The notes beneath the pieces were generated by a model. It ran no database searches. It saw nothing but the letters and a program-made list of their open reading frames with translations, and had not been told where the DNA came from. This document shows positions 55,481 through 64,000 of a DNA stretch of 64,000 bases, one piece after another; within the stretch, counting starts at the first letter, position 1; each line of letters starts with the position of its first letter. Position numbers and translations under genes: made by a program. The stretch is from contig NC_043002.1 of assembly GCF_006345805.1 (NCBI RefSeq), positions 2,108,001 to 2,172,000 on the forward strand, given 5' to 3'. This DNA is from Octopus sinensis. Taxonomy: Eukaryota.

Positions 55481-56761
55481 TTGGAAATTAAAGGAATTGA
55501 AGAGTGAAGACAATAGAAAAATTAGTGTACCCTGAAGCCATCAAACCAAAGCCGATATATCTAAACTGCCACAACGATTGATAAATATAAATACAGATCC
55601 ATTACAAGATAACATTAGTTTGGAAAAATATTAGAAAGAGCCAAAGGAAACCTTATTAACTTAGGATAATGAAGAAACAATAAATTCCAAACTAGCAGCA
55701 AACCAGTGTAACAAAACTGCTTTAAAAGAAAGAAAATAAATAGAAAAGAAAGTGAAAATGAAAGTAGAAGCTGGCTGAGAGTTCGGAGTAAGTCAGCGTG
55801 AAAACTATGAATGACTGAAATATTCTGACTAAAAACAGTAACGGAAAATTTAGCTTTAGCTGCTGCTCAGAATCAATGGTTCGCCACATAAAGAAACTAG
55901 AGAGAGAAAAGGGTGGAACAAGAGATTAGCATTAGAACGGTGTGCTCTGCAACATTTTCACACATTAATTATGGGGCTGTTCAATCATTAGAAAGAATAT
56001 ATTATACACACGGCCGCGTTGAGAGCAATGTTCATTGGTTAATTGGTGGTACTGAAATTCCATTGTTTAACACCTGAACTATAATAATGGCCGAAATATA
56101 ATAATGACTTGTCGACTTAAACTAATACATGCCTATCCAAACTAAGAATCGAATCAAAATTAACTACCCAGGTATTATACAATAAAGAAAAGGACGAAAA
56201 TGAGGTAAATGAAGAGAAATAGCCGATAAGTACCTTGACCCTGAACTAGGCAGGAAATGGTGTTGGAAAGTTCGAGTGACTTGCGCATTTGGTGCAAGAT
56301 GCATAATTCAAGCCGCAACAGAAGATAGAGGCAATTGGCCTCGCTAAAACAAGGTACCTCTTATGTAAGACATTTACTTTCAGTGTAAAATCACAATAGA
56401 TGGAGTGAGTTTCAATTCAACTCATACATCACAACTCCCTCCTAATGAAAACATTGGGTGTAATCGTCATACAACACCGTAGCACAACCTACTCATATCA
56501 TACACAGACACCAACAACTAATGCTACTAAAAAATAAGAGGAAGACTACTGAGTAAACTTGCGAAGATGGAAAACACCAATATTACAGCCGCCATCAATA
56601 AATTATATTCTCATCTGGATACAAAGTGAATTAGCAAGACCAGACAGGAAAACAAGAATATTAATGACTATTTAGAATTCAGCACCTAAAATCTGATACG
56701 GAAATATCATGTTTACCACATATAAAGGGAAGTTAAAGTTTTGCACAGAATTATTATAAAA

Positions 56762-57158
56762 CAAGCAGTATCGCCCGGCGTTGCTCGGGTTTGTAAGGGA
56801 AATAACTATATAAGCATTTTTAGAGATGTAAAGTATTATAGCCATCTCAATATGGCTAACCACAAAGTGGGGGGGTTTACTGTAGCTTTTTACGTTCTGA
56901 GATTTAATAATAAATTTTTAGAGAGTTACTTACTTTATATATGCCAAAAATGCATTAAAAATGGGAAAAATTGATGGTAATTTTTTTTTTAAATCGTAGA
57001 CTCATCGTAGACGCGCGCTAATACCCAGAAGGGCTAGATATGAATCACGACTATAAGATACCCGGTTTTGGTTAAACTGCACCGCAAAATGTAGGAGTAG
57101 TTAGGAATCTAAATCGTAGGAGACAGACAGCACACAACCTCACTTTTATATATAAAGA
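56762..57158 (-). mobile_element. Non-autonomous Helitron
   Basis: Minus strand: A|TCTTTATATATAAAAG 5' end; 3' hairpin CCCG-AGCAACGC-CGGG a few nt before CTTG|T (CTAG variant); A-T target, no TSD. Confidence 0.75.
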
Positions 57159-57699
57159 TATTTACTACGGAACTGCAAATATATTTAGTAACAAAATAAA
57201 GAGAAAGTAATGCAAATATCTTAATAAAAACAATGGACGAGATTTCCAGCTGCCTTCCTTCAAATAGGTCGATAAATATGAAATAGATGATTAAAGTTAT
57301 TAAAGTTTGATCTCATTTCATCTCACTACTTGATATTTATAAGTTCTGCAACATTTGTGTTTAATACGAAGGATACTCCTTTGAAGAATACTCCTTCAAC
57401 CATATTACTGTCGTTCATAATTAGTGTCACTACATCCTCTTTGTTTCTATATCTTAATCTCTTTTAACCTTAACACCTGAGTAGAATATGCTACACAGAG
57501 AAATCCTACAAAGACCAAATCCTCTTCATCACATTCTACCGGATTCCTTCCCATCTTTATCGTCCATATTAAAGTATAGAGAGCTTTGTCTACCAGTTGT
57601 CTGAGTAATTGAAGTTAAGCGTTTTCTAGTTTTGCTAATCTATATTACATATGTCATATTACACCGTATTCACATAGAACACGACCAGTGGTCTCTATA

Positions 57700-58109
57700 A
57701 AGCACATAGTTGGGAGGGGAAAGAATTAAGAAATGACACCAGGAAAAGGTATTCTTCGGCCAAAACTGATGAGACTGAACGAGGCAGAATTGGTTGGATA
57801 AAAAATGCAACGGCAACTGTTCACAAATTTGGTTTATTGAAGTGACCATGCCACTCAAAACATTGCGTATAAATCATTGCCCCGTTACCATAAGCTTTCT
57901 GAAGCATGCTTAATGTCTGTGTAGTAGACTTCCCAAATTTAACACAAAATTTCACATTGGCTCTTTGTTCCAACTTCCTGCCCTTGACAAAAATGGCAAC
58001 TTGTGAAGTAAACAACAATGTCACTCTGCACACTATCTCATGAAGGTCACTGCTAGCTCTCACTGGGCACACAACTGTTTGTGGCCAGGAACTTTCCGAT
58101 AATACCTTG
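57700..58109 (-). mobile_element. Internally deleted mariner element
   Basis: TA-CAAGGTATTATCGGAAAGTTCC TIR-like end; LEQRANVKFCVKFGKSTTQTLSMLQKAYG...CFEWH (mariner N-terminal HTH) plus a degenerate SPDLAP-region remnant. Confidence 0.72.
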
Positions 58110-58617
58110 TATGAGTGGGAGGGAAAGTACAGGAGAAGAGGTGACGATTGACAGTACATCAAGGGCAAAGAGCAGCCAAATAATAATAATAATAATAATA
58201 ATACAGTAGATAGAGGAAGGATGAGAGAAAGGCAGATGATGATTGGATGGTGGGTGAGCAGATTGCAAGAGTGTGTGGGAAAATAAGAGATATATGGTAA
58301 TAGGGGTGGAGGAGATTAGAGGTATATAGAGGTTAATCAACAAGAAGTGGTTCGATGAAGAGGGAGATATAACTGAACACAAAAAGGTGATCAATGGTAA
58401 ATGTGACTGGAGAGGGACAATGTTAAGAATAAAGGATGGATGCCACAAGAAGTGGTTCCAAGTAGTGGCGGAGATAATCGGTAGTACAGAAGAGGATGAT
58501 GAAATATGGAGTCCTGCTCATAAAAAGATGCCTCTCCCTATCATTTTGAAGGCCATAGTGAAAAAAACAAATTGGAAAAATCCCCATCAAAAATGGAGAA
58601 AATACAATTTATATATT

Positions 58618-58694
<77 letters not shown>

Positions 58695-58869
58695 CATGTG
58701 CGTCTGCGTGAGTGTGTGTGTATGAGCGTGTGTGTGTATATATATATATATATGTATGTATACATAATCATCATCATCATTGTTTAATGTCTGATTTCCA
58801 TTCTGGCCTGGGTTGGACGGTTTGATATGAAGCTGGCCAGACTCCACTTGTCTGTTGTGGCATGTTTTC

Positions 58870-59670
58870 TATGGCTGGAAACGTTAATAGCAATGCGAGA
58901 CCAGACGCTAAAGAAAGTAAAAGGTTTTGGAGTAACGCCTGGGATAATGGAAGAAAGCACAACAAAGATGCTAAATGGTTGAAGGAATTAAGTTAAGGAA
59001 AATATGAAGTGAAACAGAGCAATAACGTCTGAAATGGTAACCGAACAGAGAGCAAAGATCCCAGACTGGAAATACCCAGCACCGGATGGGGTACAAGGAT
59101 ATTGGCTGAAAAATTTCCGAGCTCTGTACAGGAGAATAGCCGCGCAAATGGATAAAATGATCAACAACGGTATAGAACCCGCAAAGTAGCTGACGGCTTC
59201 GGTGTTGTTAGGTGGAGAAAGAACGAGCTCGAGGAAATGGAGAGCAAAACTGGAAAAGTGATGAGAATCAACAAGGAACTCCACCCCAAAAGCGATACTG
59301 ACAGACTGTATGTACCTAGAAACAGTTTCCAAGGACTTTGGAAATCATATTAAGAATACTGGAGCTAGAAAGTTCTGGAGTCATCTTTGTGATAATCCAC
59401 TCAGCCATAATGGACATGCAGTAAGTCAGGGAAGCAATAACGAGCGAGAAGCAGCCGGATCTAAGATTAACTGAGGCATTAACTGAGTAAAGCGTTAGGA
59501 AAAATTCCAAATTGGAAGCGCCCAAGATTTAGTTCAAGGGAACTGGCTAAAGAAATTTAGTAGTTTACACGGGAGGCTGAAGAAACAACTTCAAAATTGC
59601 CTTAATGGAGGAATAATACCAGATTCGATGACTTGAAGGTGAAAAATACTCATCATGAAAGACAAGAGAA
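58870..59670 (+). mobile_element. R4/Dong-like LINE fragments
   Basis: KIPDWKYPAPDGVQGYWLKNFRALYRRIAAQM and SKTGKVMRINKELHPKSDTDRLYVPR. Confidence 0.7.
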
Positions 59671-59974
59671 AGAGAAATTTTACCCGTCTCTTCTCATAGC
59701 TTGTTTTCTAGCGTTCATAACTTTTCAAATCGTCTTGACTTAACAGTCCTCACCGTTTGGTTTTACTGTCTTGTTCTCACTGTCCTGTTTTTATTACCAC
59801 TTTCACCCTCTGTAAAAAAATTCCAAATTTTATTTAATTTGCTTTTCGGGAAGGACTGTTTCAACGAGGTCGCGTATTGTCCTTATCCTGTGGTTTAAGG
59901 GAACAATAGAGTAGCGTCCACAATTCTTTCACCTCTACCATCAAAAACACAAAAATATTGATTTCAAAAATTTT

Positions 59975-60165
59975 GATACAAGGCCACCAATTTCGTGTGA
60001 AGGGTTAAGTGATTGCATCGACTCCAGGGGATCAACTCCTACATGTTTTATCGATCCCTTAAAGATGAAAGGCAAAGTCGACCCCGGCACCATTTGAACT
60101 AAGAACGTAAAGACGGAAGAAATGCTGATATGCATTCTGTTCGGCATGGTAACGATTCTCCCGCC
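59975..60165 (-). mobile_element. SINE family D
   Basis: GATGAAAGGCAAAGTCGACCCCGGC..ATTTGAACT.AGAACGTAAAGAC. Confidence 0.65.
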
Positions 60166-61644
60166 TAAGAAAGAAAATACTAGCATCTGCAGCAATCTGG
60201 TCCTTTTTCCCAATATAATCATTTATTTATTCTTATCTTCTTCTAATAGCTTTAGTCACTGAAATGCGGCCCTGCTGGGGCATCGCTTTCGTGGAGTTTG
60301 CCCATGACCATATCCAGTTCAGTACTCATTGTGACCTGGCGTTCAGTTTATTGTCGCGATTTATCGAATCGTTGTTACTGTTTAACTTCAATTTGCGCAG
60401 GTCAGTGCACCGTGCCACATCTATTGAATCTCAAATACAGATACAAACGCACACATAGACAAATACAAATGCACACACACACACATACACACACACACAC
60501 ACACACAAACATACACACACACACATACACACACACACTCATACACATGCATAAACAAATATAATGGGATTCTCTATCTTCCGTTAGACTAATTCCGGTG
60601 GTAAGCGTTGGTGAATCACTGGCCAAAGTTGAGGACATGGCGGTGTCTTAAAACCGAGAACATAAAATATATTTTACTGACACGCTACTATCAACTATTC
60701 TTATTCACCCAGTTTTTACTTCTAACACGAAACAGTGATTTCCTTCATTCTGTTTCTCTATAACTATGGTAATATTGATTTCAAAAGCTTTTTTTAACTC
60801 TCCAATGTTAATGGTGTTACATTTATCGTCCATTATTAAAACACCAACACACACAGATAACAGCGTAAAATAAACGAAAATAACATCTTGTTCCAGTCAA
60901 TCATTTCACTATTTTTGGCATTTATTTCAATCCAAGTTAGCGTCTCTGAAAAGGTTAAAATTACATAAAGTTGATGTTTATTTATATCACACAATCTCCA
61001 TTTTCCCTCGCAGCATACACTGTTTGACACCAAACTGAAATTTTTAGATGACACATTCAATCCAGCTTGCAGCGATAACATCTGAATCTGTTCAATATTT
61101 CTTCCGATACTTTTACCTAAAACTAGACTGTGTTCGCTCGGTCGGCAAAGTGAAAAGACGAAGTTGAGCTTTTGTGCGTCCATCTTGTGCAGCAGATATC
61201 GATTTCCACGGCTGTAAAAAGGTATTTTGTTTATACGTTGCTGCTATTGACATATTCATTCATTTAATGCTGCCTGCTTGTGAGATGGGAAACAATTTGT
61301 TTCTTGTGAGAATCTTGTTTCGCTAACAGCTTTTACATTTAAGAGTTAATGCAACGGTTTTTCAATGTGCAGCTATATATTTTGACTTGATTCAATATAA
61401 ATATATACGTTTCGCTTTTGAAACAATAGGAATTAATGGAATAATGAAAGGAAGACGACAGCAATGTCGAATGGTAAATGTCTTGGTCGTTTGATTACAT
61501 TTCACTGAGTATATTGCTCTACACTCTGATCCGGTCCAAACATTCGGAATTTGGTTTACGTGTTGCAAAGTATGTGTCCGCTCATAACATACACACAATT
61601 TACACAAACACTTATACGCACACACACAAACACACACACATAAC

Positions 61645-61687
<43 letters not shown>

Positions 61688-62199
61688 GTATATATATATA
61701 TATATACACATATATATATGTATGTATACATGTATGTTGAAATAAGACGATATATTTATGACTTCGTGAGGAATATTTTGTAGTGACTCTTTGAGAAGTT
61801 AGTCATACATAAATTTATACATAAATGTTCTTATTATGTAAAGCAACACACACACACACACAATACACACAAACACACACGCATACATCCACACACACTT
61901 GTGTTTTTGCGTGTGCATGTGTGTATGTGTGTGCTGCAGTCGTTTCCATACTATAAATGTTAAATATATTTAATATCAGTGGTCTATCAACAGGGCATCA
62001 AGTATATATGAATGTATGTATGTATGTATGTGTGTATGTATGTATGTATGTATGTATATATTTCGCAACTTTTGTTTATTTACTGATTTCTGATTAGTAA
62101 ACTTCAATTGTTAAATATATAACCTTGTCTGACCTTTGTCGAAGATCCTTTCAGCGAAACATCTACATCCTGCTAGCTTCTCTTGTAGAGTATATTTTT

Positions 62200-62700
62200 G
62201 ACGAGATGTTTTTTTCTGACACAACTCAATCCCTATTTTGACATTCGGAAATGCAGTGCGGGTGTTTTTATAGATGCGGAGTCATCTCCCTTGCCAGTTA
62301 TTGTTACCAGCGCATGACAGGAATTGCGGGGAGATAGCAATGTCGGTCTCCTGGAATGAGTGGGAGAGTAGCCTTTGCGTTGAGGTTCCTCGTGGTGAAG
62401 CAGAACTCGGACTCTGATACTGGACATTGACTGTGATTTCCCTTCATCTATGGACGATATTACTCGGGTAACAGTCTCATCAGTCATTACCCATTGACCT
62501 CAATTCACTCCTACCATCTCAGAAGGCATTTCATCTATTTTACAGCCAAGCCTCTTCAACCAACTTCCTTTCCTACAAACCCTTCAAGACTTTCTGCTCT
62601 CTTCTATCCGTTAACACACGATGCAATCCCCTCTTATCCCTCATTATTACACTCACCTTTATCTTCTTGATTTGTTTTACACGATCCATTTTAATCTAAA
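62200..62700 (+). mobile_element. Degenerate Penelope-like RT remnant
   Basis: Ordered remnants QRMTGIAG (QxxGxAMG-like), MDDI, QFTPTIS, KP. Confidence 0.4.
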
Positions 62701-64000
62701 ATTTCAACTTCCCGCATTTATTTGTTTTGCTCTAGGATCTCTTGGTGAGCATCAAATGCCTCAGTCTGAGAAATGGAAGAGAAAAGGAACATATAGATCA
62801 CTTTTTCAAGTGCTCACATTTTCATAAACTCATAGAAATAAACAAAGCTGAAAAACTTCAAAAGCAATTAATCTAATCAGCTAAAATCCGGGAACAAGAA
62901 ATCCCGAGTAACGACGCATCTATGCTCAGCTTCGAGTATTTTACATATTTGCCTCTGAGTGTGTGTGTGTGTGTGTGTGTGGTGTGTGTGTGTGTGCTTG
63001 CTTAGCTGTGAGTCTGTGTATGTTAATGCACATATGTACATTGAGGTATAAAAGAAAATTAGACATTCTTGTGTATTCACATGAAATGATGTCGTACATG
63101 ATTACGTTGTTGTTGTTATTGTTGTTGCTGCAGCTGATGTTTTTGTTGTTGTTGTTTACTGATCTATAATCTCTAAGTATCAATAAACCGATTTGGAATT
63201 GTTTATGCATTTAGATTTACAATTTATTATCACTCTCACCGAGAAATATCCAGATGTATTCCCAGTTTCGGATGATATTAATTCCTAAAGATAAATAATG
63301 TTACATTTTTCCAATAATATATTGGAACGCACTCCACATTTCAAGACGGCAGTTATTAAAAAGATCAATGAATGTCTAAAATAAATCGGTAAATAAAGCT
63401 ATTTTATTAAACATACGACAATACTTCTACTTGGAATTATTCCTTATATCAGATGTTGGCACCGATTTAGAATTTCTAATGGATGAATTTGTAACAGAGG
63501 CTGCACAACATAGACATAAATTGCAATAAAACAACCAAAAATTTCGTTAATTTACTATAAATATTCATTAATGCCCTATTGAATATTTCCGACAATAAAT
63601 ATCAACCGATCCTTAATATTTCTATCAAGCTATACGAACATCTGAAGAATGCCTGCACAGCAATCCATGCATTTCTTGCGAAAACTATAAATTTCAGTAA
63701 TAATAGATTGGCCTCTCGTAGATTATTTACAGGTCATGGCAGATGCTTTCCTCACCGAAACATTGAAATCAATATTTTCAGAAACTGCTAGTAATGTACC
63801 AACTGCAATCCAAGATAACTAATAGCCTCCATCACTAACACAATAATATATTTTTACGTGCTTTTCTTTTACTTTACAACTGGTCTATAATTTAGACAAC
63901 AGACTGAAATTAAAGTTTTCCTCAATATTTTATTACCAGCAATAAACGGAACTTTTGTAACAATACCAACAGATTTGAAGTCATTGGAACTAAGACGACC

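Larger units (their letters stand above)
52000..56400 (+). mobile_element. Old, fragmented R4/Dong-like LINE interrupted by SINEs
   Basis: Degenerate motifs in order: GKTILI (about 54130), YIDYQKVFEKIP (54370-54410), GMFQG..SPLF (54555-54590), AAQNQ (55860), CCHC-like and NRPDI-like remnants; the 5' boundary is uncertain. Confidence 0.5.

Noticed and set aside
44743-57772. Isolated CTGATGA heptamers at 44743, 51725 and 57766
   Set aside because: No stem II/GAAA/NUH arrangement around them.

Overview
This is an AT-rich eukaryotic repeat landscape. The SINE families, microsatellite load and LINE types fit an octopus or other cephalopod genome (inference). I recognise no intact host protein-coding gene, and most ORFs in the supplied track are microsatellite translation artefacts. 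Contents: (i) several R4/Dong-clade RLE LINEs, the younger ones sitting in (TAA)n tracts, including one near-intact copy and a nested train at 9.6-13.1 kb; (ii) many Penelope-like element (PLE) remnants (RT, GIY-YIG) and at least six hammerhead-ribozyme (HHR) or HHR-like motifs; (iii) CR1-like and RTE LINE 3' ends, a Tc1 (TRT/DD37E-like) transposon, mariner remnants, a non-autonomous Helitron and three tRNA-derived SINE families; (iv) a U6 snRNA pseudogene. The most striking unexplained pattern is a set of six fold-back inverted duplications (16-213 bp arms) that abut or contain a (TA)n tract. They include a perfect 199-bp palindrome encoding an intact type I hammerhead on both strands, and a 213-bp fold-back around a U6+tail chimera that may be a U6/PLE template-switch product.
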